A DNA stretch of 64,000 nt from Convolutriloba macropyga (taxonomy: Eukaryota), in the NCBI RefSeq assembly GCF_964194025.1, contig NC_134471.1, positions 64,480,001-64,544,000 on the forward strand, given 5' to 3'. The stretch's first letter is position 1. Each line of letters starts with the position of its first letter. Shown here piece by piece: positions 12,830 to 25,143 of the stretch. Under the pieces are notes generated by a model. It made no database searches. It worked only from the letters and a program-made list of their open reading frames with translations, and had not been told where the DNA came from. The translations under genes were made by a program, and so were the position numbers.

Positions 12830-13260
12830 TATAAGGCCCAGGGTTTAACCCTGAGTTTGTTTTTATTTTCGAAAATCAGAAAATTTGAGTAAACTATTCC
12901 ATCCAGAGCAACATTCAGGGCAACTTTGTCGCTATCTCAAAACAGGAAGCAACAAGTGAGAATCGGCTCCATAACATTATGACTGTTGGAAGTGCACATG
13001 GATCTCTTAGGGCATTTATTGTCCCTTATTTTTATCAATGACCTGTCTAAATAGTCAAGACAAAATTTATGGATATGCTGATGTCCTTAAAATTGCTGGT
13101 GATAACCCACTCACGCTCAGCATTGACGTCGGAAATGGTACCAAAACTACGGAAATGATACCAAGAAAACCAGATGTCAATTAACTTGTCAAAAAGCAAA
13201 GAATTGTTACTAAAAGTCTAACCCGAAAGTTGCATTCGATATTACAGATTCGAAACAAAA
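12830..13260 (+). mobile_element. Decayed CR1/L2-like RT fragment in HSDL2 intron 1
   Basis: GGATCTCTTAGGG..ATTTTTATCAATGACCTG (GS.LG..IFINDL) then GGATATGCTGATGTCCTTAAA (GYAD[D]LK). Confidence 0.65.
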
Positions 13261-13647
13261 ATCTGAGCCGAATCAACCTTCTTCCGAGCAGAATCAAACT
13301 ATCACTTTTCCTCTGACATTTTTGTCACGCGCCTGCCACCTAACAAACATGTGCATAACTATTTCAAATCGGATATAATTCTTGCCGAGCATCGCAAGAA
13401 ACTTCTGTCACTCAATGCAAAATATTTTAAGGACAAATCTTACGAAATGCACCCGCGCACATGGGTAATCCTTTGCGGGTGCACAAACTGTTAAGATTAA
13501 AGAAATAGGACTTTCAATAATTTGATACCTTAACAGACTGTTAAATTGTTAGCGGAGAATAGCTCCCATTGGACCTCAGTCCTAAAGCCTTTGTTATTAT
13601 CATTATTTGACGATTAAAGGCATAAAAGCTACATAAACGCTGCTCAC

Positions 13648-14356
13648 CTGAATCTTTTGATAAAATAACATAGGCTGCGTCCGCCATAATATCCGGCTTC
13701 CGAGACTGGTTCATCATACTATCTCCGCCCAGCATCTCTACAGCAGCGGTCGCAATCGCAGTTTTAGGCCACAATGCATTCACTGCAATTCTGGCATCTT
13801 TTAACTCTTCGGCCATTCCCAACACACACATTGACATTCCGTATTTTGACATTGTATACGCCACATGGCTCCGGAACCACACTGATTTCATTATCAATGG
13901 AGGACTGATATTAAGTACGTGAGGGTTTTTGGCTTGTCTAAGATATGGAAGACACTTTTGTGTCATCATGAAAGTTCCTCGGACGTTAACTTGATGCATG
14001 AGATCATATTTCTTCATAGGGGTCATTTCAGTCGGGGTTAAACTAATCGCAGATGCATTGTTTACTAAAATATCGATTCCTCCAAACGTTTTAACAGCTT
14101 GTTCAACAGCAGCCTGAACATTAGACTCATCGCGAACGTCAACTACGCATGGTAGACTTTTACCACCTAGAGAATTTATTTTCTCAGCAACTGAGTAAAT
14201 GGTTCCAGGGAGCTTTGAATGAGTTTGAGCTGTTTTTGCTGCTATCACAATATTGGCTCCATCTTTGGCGCACTTTTCAGCGATTGCTTGTCCGATTCCT
14301 CTACTGGCTCCTGTCACCAAAATCGTTTTCCCAGCAAGCTTCCCAGAATTTATCAT
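13648..14356 (-). CDS. HSDL2: HSDL2 coding exon 1 (short-chain dehydrogenase/reductase domain)
   Basis: ATG at 14356 (MINSGKLAGKT); TGASRGIG Rossmann motif, ILVNNASAI, YTMSK catalytic YxxxK, NALWPKTAIATAA typical of HSDL2; donor CAG|GTGAGC at 13647, phase 1. Confidence 0.95.
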
Positions 14357-14689
14357 CACCACAACTGAAAATATTCAATAAAAAGTAGGAAAACAGCTGC
14401 CTGGATACAAATACTTTGAATTGCGCAAAAAATCTATTAATATAAAAGACCGACGTTATTACAGTTCTCAATGAAACTGAAAAAGAAGTTTTAAAGTTCT
14501 CTGCATAAGCTTGAATAAAAAGGAGCTTTGCTATTTTTAGCGTGTCACGTAGACGCAATCAGAAACACAAAATCTTTCTTACAAAACAGAAAATTATGGC
14601 AATCTAATAAAAAAAGATACAATCTGAAAGCTTCTGAAAACTGAAAATTATAAGCATAACCGACTAACGTCGGGCGAATTGCTCTCAAA

Positions 14690-14850
14690 CGACCAGCGGG
14701 GGGACGGTGGTGGCTTCTTTGGCGGGACGGGGCCACGTCCTTACGGTCTAAACGATGGACACGGGTGGGAACTGTGAACTGATACGGGAGAGGGCTGAAG
14801 TGGGGTGGAAGGTGTGTGTGTGTGTGTGTGTGGGGGGGGTGGGGGTCAAA
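14690..14850. repeat. G-rich island with (GT)n microsatellite and G-runs between the two host genes
   Basis: (GT)~10 at ~14812-14831 followed by G8 and G5 runs; several GGG tracts 14698-14805. Confidence 0.7.
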
Positions 14851-15212
14851 CTCTAAGAATCGCCCTTCGCACCATGAGTATACGTCTCCAAAACAGTTTC
14901 TTTGAATCGCTTACTTGGAGACTAGTCTAAGACTTGGAGACTAAGATAACTTAATGCCCGATGGGCTCTACGTGTTTATCCCGTTTTCGAGGACGAAAAG
15001 TCAAATGGGTCAGACGAAAAATCGGTCAAGCGAACAATCACATAAAAATGACCACAGGACTAATATAATTGCTACAAACTTTGTTTGAGAGCAATTAAAT
15101 GTACAACCAAATGTAGTCACATCAGAAAAGATAGTTTATTTTTGTCAATGCACCGTCGAATTGAAAGAACCAATCTAAATAAAACCAACAAAGTGACTAT
15201 ATACACGGAATT

Positions 15213-17117
15213 TTACGAAGAAGGAATCGAATTGATTAAAGTGGACATTTGCCACATACAGGGAATGTTTGATCCATAGACAAATATGAAGATATGAGTT
15301 ATAGTATGGTGCACAGATACCCATCCTGTTTCCATGTCACAATTGCTTGGAATGTTGAGTAATTTTGGATTGAATGCCTGCACGACCATCCACTTAGAAC
15401 TGGCACCTTGGATACACTCCCTCATGACAACGCAAACTTGTTTCTTCAAGTTCCAAATAAGCAGAAGAGCTCCATTTTTATCTTTAGTTAAATTTAGCGC
15501 ATCAATTTTCGGCAAGCCGTGGTTAGCCGTTGTTAAGACTGTTTTAGTTGAGTTTTTAGTGATTGTAATACTCTCACCCAATGAGTCGACAAATGCTCCC
15601 AACTTAAGGTCATTACTGAACGCAAAAATTTCCGGCTTTGTTTCAAGCTTTATCTCTTGAAATGAAATCTCGTCCATTGTACATTCAATGGCCTTTGTCG
15701 TACCGTTCCATACTAAGCAGCCAACATTAGGGCTGGCAAAAACTACTAATAAACTTTGGTCAGCTTTTAATGCTGGCAGTTTCTCTAATACCACAGCATT
15801 CCCTTCCGATAACTTGGAATAGGATGGATGCGACGCTTGCACAATTTCAACACACTTGTCAGTAACAATTGCGAACAGAAGAGGATTGGTTGTTTCGCGC
15901 AAAGGAAGAACTGACAAAACTTTTGTGACCGCTGCCGTTGTCATCAAACTACGATTTAGGGAAAAGTAGATCTTCTCGCCCCATGAGGACTTCTTACAAC
16001 TTGTGCAAAAATTTCCCATACCGGTTAAATATAAGGAGCATCTTAGAGCACATCTTCCGGGTTCGTGAAAACACACAAAAAAGCTGAAACTCGCCTTCTC
16101 GTCGGCAAGTTGTTCAACATTGCCACAAAACCCTCCATTAAGGACGAAAAGCTCGTTTCTATTCGAGGCATATGATTCAGAGCGTTCAGGATAAAATTTA
16201 ACCGATCTGATCTCTGGCTTTGCGTAAGAAATCATTTCCAAAGAAGGCCAAACCATAGACGTTAGAAACTCATGCATCAGCTGTCTGGAGATCTCGGCTA
16301 TCTTTTTGCTACTTGTAAAGAAGGGTTTGTAAAATATATGATGATGCAAAATGTCTCTTTCAATTTCTAACAAATCATCCATTTGCGTTACTTTTGACAG
16401 AAAACGATCAACCAGAGTACCATCTGAAGTACCCAGATCATTTCTAAGTTTCACAACAAACTCATCGCCACTTTCAACTGCGTCGCATATTCTTCTGGAA
16501 GTGTTCGAACAATTCTCGAGTTCTTGTTGAAACTTAGCACCCAATTCCTCATTTTTGTCTTTATGGACGTCCAAGAGAGAAACCTCTTTCAAGTAAGCAC
16601 ACAGAATCTCACATAAATAGTCAACAGCATTTTTTGGATTGCACAGCATTGAAGCCTGATCTACTTTGTCAATGCCATCTTTGCCCACTTGCTGATGAAA
16701 TTTTACACTTTTTGTCAACGACTCGAATTTAGTTATGTAGCTCAAGACTTCTTTACGGACATCTTTACACTTTTCAGCTACGGTCAAAAATTCGTGACTC
16801 GAATGCTTAAGGGTACACCTTGTACAAATAACTTGAACACATGTTTTACAGAACAAATCGTTTATTATTTTGTGATCACTGCACACGCTAACTTCATATC
16901 CCTTGATGTCTACAACATTGTGCTGGAGTCTCACATGTGACGAGATACACGCCATACAGAACACCTTAACAGCTTTTTCTTGGTGTGACAAAACAAAATC
17001 ATCAGAAAAGGCCGAACAAGTAGCGCATGAATAAACATCAGATACCATACAGAGATTATCGCACAATTCACAAGACAGCTCCTCTTCGCAGCCCAAATTT
17101 TGCGTTAGCGAAGACAT
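15213..17117 (-). CDS. Intronless B-box zinc finger / coiled-coil protein (TRIM-like, no clear RING), 634 aa, with unidentified beta-rich C-terminal domain
   Basis: Uninterrupted 1.9 kb ORF from ATG 17117; CELC..CATC..CMAC..H..H (B-box1-like), CSDH..FCKTC..ICTRC..HSSH (B-box2), helical region; AATAAA on the minus strand at ~15136-15141. Confidence 0.82.
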   Translation of the reverse strand: MSSLTQNLGCEEELSCELCDNLCMVSDVYSCATCSAFSDDFVLSHQEKAVKVFCMACISSHVRLQHNVVDIKGYEVSVCSDHKIINDLFCKTCVQVICTRCTLKHSSHEFLTVAEKCKDVRKEVLSYITKFESLTKSVKFHQQVGKDGIDKVDQASMLCNPKNAVDYLCEILCAYLKEVSLLDVHKDKNEELGAKFQQELENCSNTSRRICDAVESGDEFVVKLRNDLGTSDGTLVDRFLSKVTQMDDLLEIERDILHHHIFYKPFFTSSKKIAEISRQLMHEFLTSMVWPSLEMISYAKPEIRSVKFYPERSESYASNRNELFVLNGGFCGNVEQLADEKASFSFFVCFHEPGRCALRCSLYLTGMGNFCTSCKKSSWGEKIYFSLNRSLMTTAAVTKVLSVLPLRETTNPLLFAIVTDKCVEIVQASHPSYSKLSEGNAVVLEKLPALKADQSLLVVFASPNVGCLVWNGTTKAIECTMDEISFQEIKLETKPEIFAFSNDLKLGAFVDSLGESITITKNSTKTVLTTANHGLPKIDALNLTKDKNGALLLIWNLKKQVCVVMRECIQGASSKWMVVQAFNPKLLNIPSNCDMETGWVSVHHTITHIFIFVYGSNIPCMWQMSTLINSIPSS

Positions 17118-17269
17118 GCCAATCAATCTCAAACTTATCAAATATATAGTTTATTTCGCTCTAGTTCCCCGCCCATTAGTGGTAGAATAGAAAAAAACGT
17201 CAATTAAGAGAAAGCCCCTCCCCTAAAAGCCTATTTGTTGTGGTAAACTTATTAAATAGTCTCCAAGTG

Positions 17270-17590
17270 TGTTATATTTTCTTTCGTCTGATCCGCTTTC
17301 AGAGACAACGACTGGTTTTCAAGAGTTTATTTTGCTGTATGTTCTTCTATAAGCTTGTATGCTGGTTAAATAATAGCTTACAAAGGTTTGGTTTATACCT
17401 GCATTTACTATCAAAGTTAAGTGTGGCACGATGAAACTTATGTATGATAATGAATAAAAGATTTGGCATTGAAAGTCATGCAAAAATCAAAGTTAAAGAT
17501 ATGATTTTTACAGCGATTATGAATATGAACTCAATAAAATTGAACTAAAGGGGAAGGATTGGGGGGCTAAACGGTTACGGACCGTTTACA
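17270..17590 (-). repeat. BEL/Pao 3' LTR (321 bp)
   Basis: Minus strand begins TGTAAACGGTCCGTAACCGTTTA and ends ATAACA; matches the 5' LTR. Confidence 0.95.
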
Positions 17591-17733
17591 CTCCGGCAAG
17601 CAACAACAAAACTTAGCAAATAAATTTATCAGAGAAGAACAAAATATTTGACATCAGAAATTCAAATTTACTGCCTCAAAAGTTTCCGCTTAAGTGAGTT
17701 TTATGCATCAATTTGACATGATTGAAGGAGTAT

Positions 17734-20700
17734 TCATACACCCTCCGCGGCCAACGAAGAAGAATCGTTTTCAGTTTCAAACACTTTGCCCAATCTCACT
17801 GCGGGACGTTGCACCATGCCAGTACTGGTCTTGATGTCGAAGCTTCTTGCCACTCCATCTCTACTCACATGTGCTTTGACGATCCGACCAATGGGCCAAA
17901 TTCCCTCGGGGTGTAAAATCTTTGTAGAGCCAAACAACATCGTCTTCCTTGAGCTCAGCGTTGGCTTGCTGCCGTTTTGTTCGTCCGTTAAGTCCCGGTA
18001 CAAATTCTTAGAGAAGACGAGGCCAATAGTGGTCCAAAAGGGTCTGTGACTCCTTGAAGTCTTTAATTGAAAACCGGGTTCTGTTGTTTGCCAGAGGTTT
18101 TAGGCAGAAGTGGCGTCTTCTCATCAGGAAATGATTCGGTGTTAACGGTTCCTCGTCGGCCAAAGTGCTCCCAACCTGCGTCAGTTGGCGTGAATTAAGA
18201 ATTCCTTCTTCCTCCGCTACGACTGTATGCAAGACTGAAAAGTTTAGTCGGCGGCTTCCGAGGACAACAAGTAGGCTTCGTGTAGCCGACTGGATAAGTC
18301 GTTCCCAAACCCCTCCGAAGTGTGGTGCCAGAGGTGGACTGAACGTCCACTGGATGTTCTGTTGGGCCAGCTGGAGACGTATTTAATTGTTGTCTGGTTT
18401 GTAGTTTTCCTGAAAATTGAGTTTCATTGCCTGGTTATCTCCAACAAAGTTTTTCCCGTTGTCCAAAACAATGACATCAGGGTATCCTCGTCTGGATACA
18501 AAACGTCGAATAGCCATTAGTAGACAGTCAGTAGAGAAGTCCTCACAAACTTCCAAGTGTACTGCTCGTGTGACCAAGCATGTAAACATGCAGACATAAT
18601 TGAGTTCTGTCTGGGTTCTGGATTTTTCAGTGTGAAAGGGACCGAACATGTCCATTCCAGTATTCACAAATGGGTAGAGTTTGGAGTGCTCCGGAAAGCG
18701 AAATTTTGGTAGAGGAGCCATCTTCGGTCTTACATTGTCTGCTCGCCAGCGTCTGCAGATGAAGCAGTACTTCCCTAAAGTTCTAAAAGCTCTGCGGATT
18801 CCAACTATCAAGAACGTTGCTTGGATATGTGCACGAACATGTTCAATTCCATGATGCCCGCAGTTGTGATGTGCTTTCTCAATAAGCAGTTTGGCAACTC
18901 TGCACTTGCTGTGGAGTATCATCGGATGTTTGCTCTGAAAAGGCAATCCAGGTTTCTGATTTCGTCCCTCAACCCTAAGTAATCCGTCGCTATTCAGAAA
19001 AGGTGTATATGGTAATAGTTTGTCCTTCTTGTCTAGGGGTAGTCCACTTTGAAGTCGAGAAAATGTGTCCTTGAAGTGTGTGGACTGAGATATTCTCAAG
19101 AGAAAGCTCCGAGCCTTGTTTTCGTCAGCCGCGAAGTCGTCCAAGTTGCAAGGTACGTCGCGTTTGATCCACCTCTTCAGTACGGGCACTGCTCGAAACA
19201 CTGTTCTAATTGTGCCAAGGAGTTTAGACCAATTTGAAAATCTGTTTGGATCTACCAAGGGTTTTTCACTGGTCTTGACATCAACTTGAGTGGCGTATGT
19301 TTGAGCTGTTTTGTCACCGGAGAATGTCCACTGGCTCTCAGGTTTGATAAGGAAAGAAGGTGCTGTTATCCACAATTTTTGAAGATCGCATGGAGCTAGA
19401 CCTCTGGTACCATGATCAGCCGGGTTCATTTTTCCTGGTACGTGCCGCCAGTCGTCTTTGTTTGAGTTCTCAGCAATTTTGTTGAGCCTATTTGCAATGT
19501 ATATCTTCTGTCGATCCTTTGATTTGACCCAGCTGAGTACTGCTGTGCTGTCGGTCCAAAATTTTTTGCTCTTCACATTTATTGTCATCTCGGTCTCACA
19601 GAAGCCTGCTAGTTCTGCTCCCAGTGTAGCTGCTTCGAGCTCCAATTTGGGAATGCTCATCTGTTTGATTGGTGCCACCTTGGACTTGCTGATGACGTAG
19701 TGGGTAGCTATTGAGCCGTCAGCGGAGATTGTCCTCAGGTACACCACTGCTGATACTGCTGAAAGTGAAGCGTCTGTGAAGGTGTGCAACTCGTGGGTTC
19801 CATCGACGTTGGGAACTAGACATCTGGGGATTTGAATTGAAGGCATATTCTAGAAGTTTTCCATCCATTGCTGAATTTCGTCGTAATGTTCCTTTAATAG
19901 TAGCTGTTCCCAATTGTGTCTTTGTTTGAAGACTTTTTGCAAGATGGATCTCAGTCGAATTGCAAAAGGCGAGATTATTCCAATGGGAACAAACAAAGAA
20001 GCAGCCATTGAGAGAAGCTTTCTGTGTGTGATATTCTCTCTTTCATAGCTTAGTTTGGGTTTCGCAAAAAGAAGTTGATCGGATTCAGGGTTCCATGTTT
20101 GACCAAATATCTTTTGTAACTTTAGAACTCCAATTCCTTCTTCCTCTGGAATCTTTTCCAGCACAGCAGGGTTATTGCTGAGAAACTTGGTGAAGTTGAA
20201 TCCCCCTGTTTTCAGAACATGTTTCAGCTCAGTCGCTGTATTTGCTGCCTCTTCCTCTGTTGAGAATGTTTGAATGAAGTCATCCATGTAGAATTGTTTT
20301 CGGATTGAGTCAAAGATTTTTGGATGTTCTTGTCTGTTATCGTTGGCGCACTTTTGCGGAACAAAAATTGCGCAGGCAGGAAAACATGTTGCTCCAAAAT
20401 TGAGTCGTTGGTATTTGGATGGCCTCTCCTGATCATTGTCGCTCCACAAAAAACGGAGAGCATCTTGGTCTTCTTCTCTGATTCCAACTTGCATGAACAT
20501 AGCCTCTATGTCTGCTGTTACTGCAACCTTGTACTGACGAAACCGTAGAAGAAGTCCACGTAGATTGCACAAAAGGTCCGGTCCCGTTAGCAGTGCATCG
20601 TTCAAAGAAACCCCTTTGTATTTTGAGGCTGCATTTCTCCCTCGTCTTATCTTGTCTGGTTTTTGCTCGTTGATGATAAGATGATGCGGTAGGTACCAAA

Positions 20701-21043
20701 TGTTCTTTGCATCCTGGTTCGTAACAGCTGCTATGTATCCCTTACCCATATCATCAAAGATAGTGGTCATATATCTTTGTTTCAGTTGGTTGTCTCTCTC
20801 TAATCGCTTCTGCAGGGCGTGCCACTGAACACTTGTCATGAAGTAGTTGTTGAGTAGCTTGACATTTTCTTGCCAAGGGAGTCCAATCTCATATCTTTCC
20901 CCGTTGTGTTGTGTGGTCTCTGCCAAAGTCTTTATTGCCTTCTGGTCTTCTTCATTGTGTCCCTTCGTAGAATCTTGACTAAAGTTGACACCTTCAAAGG
21001 TCCGAAAAAAATGTAGAAGATTTTCGTCCGTGTTGTCACTACC
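17734..21043 (-). pseudogene. pol: BEL/Pao RT-RNase H-integrase (disrupted)
   Basis: WYLPHH, ADIEAMFMQV, FYMDD, LHTFTDAS, IPKLELEAA, WTDS, NPADHGTRG, HHNCGH..CFIC, GMDMFGPF, DNGKNF, GGVWERLI, PLTPNHFL, WPIGRIV; in-frame stop at 19850 and frameshifts. Confidence 0.95.
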
Positions 21044-23862
21044 TCACTTGAGATGGTTGCAAAGAGTGATGTTGTGGTTGCTGCTTCCTCTATGGTTTGG
21101 TTGAAAGTACTCTTGTGGCACAGGGCCTGTCAAAATCCATCCTAACAGTGTGTTGACTCCGTAGGGTGTTCCTGGTTTGCTGGTAGTGAAATGTCTTGAA
21201 ACAGTAGCCAGAAAAGCATCTGCCCCTATGAGTATTCCAATTTCGTTGTCACGAATTTGTGGGAAATTGATTTCTGCCAAATGATCATGGTCTCTACAAA
21301 GTCTGTTCAACATTTCTGCGGGGAAAATTGGCATCTGGAACTGCTCAATGGAGATTGCGTACACAGGAAGACTTGTCACCGGTTTTGAGCTGTGAAGTGA
21401 ACCGATTCCAATCATGACATCAGCTGTTGTCACTGTGTGCTCCGCATGTAGCGAAGCTAGAGGAAGTTCTATATCTTTGGGGACTCTAATCCGAAGAGCA
21501 TCAGCAATGTTTTGTGTGATCTGTGTATTATCACTTCCACTGTCCAAAAGTGCATAGGTCTCTATGTTGAAATCTTTGTAGAAGAATGTGACTGGTATTA
21601 CCTGTAGTTGAATAAAAGCTCTGACCCATGTGGGTTCCCGATTTCTGCTACAAGTGTGGTTTTGCACCCTTGGAAATTTTGATGAATCATCATTCAGTTG
21701 GTTGCTAGTCACTGATTGAAAGTGAGTGTTACTTCTGTCATTAGTTTGATGGGGATTGATGTGCTGCTGATTGGCAGTTGGATGCGAGTTGTTGTTTCCA
21801 TAGCTTAGATTACGAGGGTTGAAACTGTTTTGATTGTATCCCCTTCTGTTGTTGTTATTTGGCGTGTTACTGGTTTTTGACGAAAGCTGAGACGTTGTAT
21901 GGTTGAAGTTTCTACCGTAGTTTGACTGCACCGGGTTGTCCCTGGATTGAAATACCCTTTTACTCGTTGCTTGGAAATCACTTTTCTGCAAAATCTTGAA
22001 GTTGTCTCGATGGAGAGTTGAATGATGAAACCCATTGCATCTGTCTACAAGACATCGATTCTTTGATTTACAAAATCCACTCTCATGTCTCTTCAAGCAA
22101 TTGACACACAAGTTGTGATGCCTCACCAATTGCTGACGGTCAGCTACAGACTTGCTCAGGTATTCTTTGCAGCGACCAAAGTTGTGATCCCCAGAGCACA
22201 GTTGACAATTTGAGCTGGCTTGAAGAACTATGTTGGAGTATTTCTGGCCTTGGGAAGGCCGTTCAACCCGGTCTGTTCTTTGTGGTCTTTGTGGAGAGAC
22301 ATCCTCGCAAGCCTCTGCATATGTGCTTATCCAATCTGCAAAGTCAGCCAGATTTGGCTGCTCTATTCTCATGCTCCTTACATGTTGATTCCAGCGAATC
22401 GTCATTGGTGTTGTCAACTTCTCCTTGGCAACTTTAACTACCGCAGAAGCCTTCAGGTCCGATTCAAAATGGTGAAGTCGAAAGGTCTGTACCAAACGTC
22501 TGAGGAAGGACGCAAAACTTACAAAGCTGCTGGGATCATCCATTCTGGTCCTAGGCCTTTGTTCAAGTTGTGCGAGGTACGCACTCACAACATGCTGTGG
22601 CTTTCCAAAAATTCTGATAAGTTCCTGAAGTGCCTCCTCATAGAAGTCTCCGTTGTAAGAGTAACCACAGATGAAGTCTTTTGCTTTGTGAGTTACCGAG
22701 TTTTTCAAGTATGTCATTTTCTGAACAGTTGTAAGAGCTGGATTGTCGTGAATGGTTGACTGGAAAAAACTGTACCGTTGATGCCACATCAAAGGATCGC
22801 CTGAGAAATGGTCAAGACTAATCTTTGGTAGACTGAACGCATTTACCATCACTTGATGGTTGGTCCATTCAGAACTGTGGGGTCGTTGTTGGAACTGTTG
22901 CTCAGAAAACTGTTGTGGCATGAAATTGAAGTGACGGTTGGTCTCTCCGTTGGGAGCGTTCATCATTTTGTTTGTCTCTGGGAATGAGTGATCCATTTGA
23001 CTACCGAGCAAATGACCTGACTGCTGCTGATCCCGCGGATAGTGATTGTCTGCAAAAGTTTGAGTGGAATTGTAAGGCTTTGCTTGATGTGGAAATCCGG
23101 TTGCTGTACCGGAATTCCAGTACAGAGTGTCTGATGGTTGATCGCTAGAAATATTGAGGGTAGCAAAACCTTGATTTGGAACATTCACATCAAAAATCGG
23201 GCAACTCTGAACCTGTTTCACATCTTCACTGAGGCTGCGATGCTCCTGTATCTCACTGTTTTTTTTGGTTTCTGTTGCTGAGCATTGTATTTTTCTACAC
23301 TTGTTCTTTCTTTTTGAAGATCACGATGACTATTTTCGAACGGTACACCATCAGGGTCATCAGAACCGAACACCTCAACCCAGCTCTCAGCGTTTTCACC
23401 TGCATTGTGCATTCGCGTTTTACGTCTCAATCCGCTTGGTTGTTTACCTCTGCTTCCTGAATTAACCACCTTGCAGCGTATTTTGTTGGGTTCTTCCGAG
23501 GAGGTGTGGGAAGAGATGAACTTTTGATGGTTTGACCCATGAAGCAATCTAATTTTTTGTTTGGTTCTCAGCAAATTGCAATTTCTCCGTGCAGACTCTG
23601 CAGCAACAGTGTCAAACTCTTCTTGTGTCAACTGCTGTTCTATGAGTTTGTTACACATGCGATCAAGCTCCGCTTTTTGCTGTCGAAGTTCGTCAACGAG
23701 CTCTTGGAGATCTGTTGCTGCTTCTGTTTGTTGCATTTGTTTGTCGAGTTGGTCTTGTGCTGCTTCCCACTCAATGACTTTGAACTTCAAGAGTTGCATG
23801 AGTTGAGCCTTGGAGGTTGACTTTGTTTTGGTTTTAGTTGACATGGTTCTGGCTTTCCTCAT
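21044..23862 (-). pseudogene. gag: BEL/Pao gag-protease (frameshifted at ~23220-23265)
   Basis: N-terminal coiled coil, LPKISLDHFSGDPLMW (BEL gag motif), CQLCSGDHNFGRC / CVNCLKRHESGFC / CLVDRCNGFHHSTLH, protease ALLDSGS, TLLGWILTGP. Confidence 0.9.
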
Positions 23863-24796
23863 TGGTTAATGGTTACTTTGTTTATGGTTGCACGATGACA
23901 TTCACAAAAAAAAATTATTGCACTATGAGTGTTATGAGTCACTGCACTTTTAGTTAGCACTTAAAATGTTGTTTGAACGCTTATTAATTGTTTTTTTTTG
24001 TATCTTAAAATAACTTGAATGCTAATTATACTGCTGTTGTGGACAGCTATTAATGGTTTGGTTGTCTTATGTTTTATCAAATCTTGCTTGAATGCAGTTT
24101 TTTATTAAATTATATTATGCACGCTTTGCGCTGTGGGGAGGGTTTTGTCTGATCACGTTCGCAAAGAAATACCCTAACCTGGGGAGGATACTGTTTTACC
24201 TTTTAGAAAAATTTGTGCCTAGAAACAAAAAATTTTTGCACTTGCGTGTCAGCAGGTGCAAAACTGTAAATTAGAATCAACTAGAGTAATTGTTTGAATG
24301 TAAGAAGGGCTTAATCAAACCCTGAAATTTTAAATGCTCTTTCGCTAGATTTAGGGTCAGAGAGTTTTAGCTGAACTAGAACGTGCTATAATCTAAGAAC
24401 GATCAGGCTTTGCTACCTATGTATATGTTCGACTATCCCCGTCGTCAGCCTATGCGTTGGTCCAAAAGAGAACCCGCAGCCTCACCCGCTCAGGCCCCAG
24501 TCAATCTTATAAGCAAATGTGGGACCTCTAGCCGCATGGACTAGAGAACTGCATTGAGCTGATTGCATCATAATGTTCGGAGTGCAATGAACGATGCAGG
24601 GGGAAGGTCATCGAACTGTAACTTACTTAGAAAACCTAACAGCCTAGAAATTTGAAGTGCTAAAAATATCAGATGGAAAAATCTATAGCACGTTTATTTC
24701 AGCTAGATGGTGGGTTTTTTAAAAGTTTTAGTGAAAAACTACAAGTCAGAAATTTTAAGTTGTCTCTGTTTTGTGAGTCGATGGTTCGGTTTTAAA

Positions 24797-24811
24797 ACCT
24801 AGGATGCGCCA
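24797..24811 (-). promoter_or_regulatory. BEL/Pao primer-binding site
   Basis: TGGCGCATCCTAGG 5 nt inside the 5' LTR; primer tRNA not identified. Confidence 0.65.
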
Positions 24812-24816
24812 AAATT

Positions 24817-25143
24817 TGTTATCTTTTCTTTAGTCTGATCCGCTTTCAGAGACAACGACTGGTTTTCAAGAGTTTATTTTGCTGTATGTTCTTCTATAAG
24901 CTTGTATGCTTGTTAAATAATAGCTTACAAAGGTGTGGTTTATACCCGCATTTACAATCAAAGTTAAGTGTGGCACGATGAAACTCATGTATGATAATGA
25001 ATAAAAAGGTTTGGCATTGAAAGTCAAGAAAAATCAAAGTTAAAGATATGATTTTTACAGCGATTATGAATATGAACTCAATAAATTTGAACTAAATAAC
25101 AAGGGGAAGGATTGGGGGGCTAAACGGTTACGGACCGTTTACA
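24817..25143 (-). repeat. BEL/Pao 5' LTR (327 bp)
   Basis: Direct repeat of 17270-17590 with roughly 10-12 substitutions plus a 6-bp indel by hand count; followed on the minus strand by a PBS-like TGGCGCATCC. Confidence 0.95.

Larger units (their letters stand above)
17270..25143 (-). mobile_element. Full-length, inactivated BEL/Pao LTR retrotransposon (7874 bp)
   Basis: Paired TG..CA LTRs, 5-bp TSD AAGTG (17265-17269 / 25144-25148), domain order gag-PR-RT-RH-IN, three BEL-type zinc knuckles. Confidence 0.97.

Noticed and set aside
13541-14362. 273-aa ORF as a complete standalone SDR gene
   Set aside because: Similarity ends at a canonical donor (13647) and resumes in three downstream exons; the ORF tail is intron read-through and the GTG start is upstream of the real ATG.
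17600-17734. env gene in the BEL/Pao element
   Set aside because: Only ~140 bp separate the end of pol from the 3' LTR.
23218-23221. Programmed stop-start (ATGA) coupling between the two BEL gag ORFs
   Set aside because: BEL/Pao elements normally have one gag-pol ORF; a nearby homopolymer run (~23258-23266) in a decayed copy explains the frameshift more simply.
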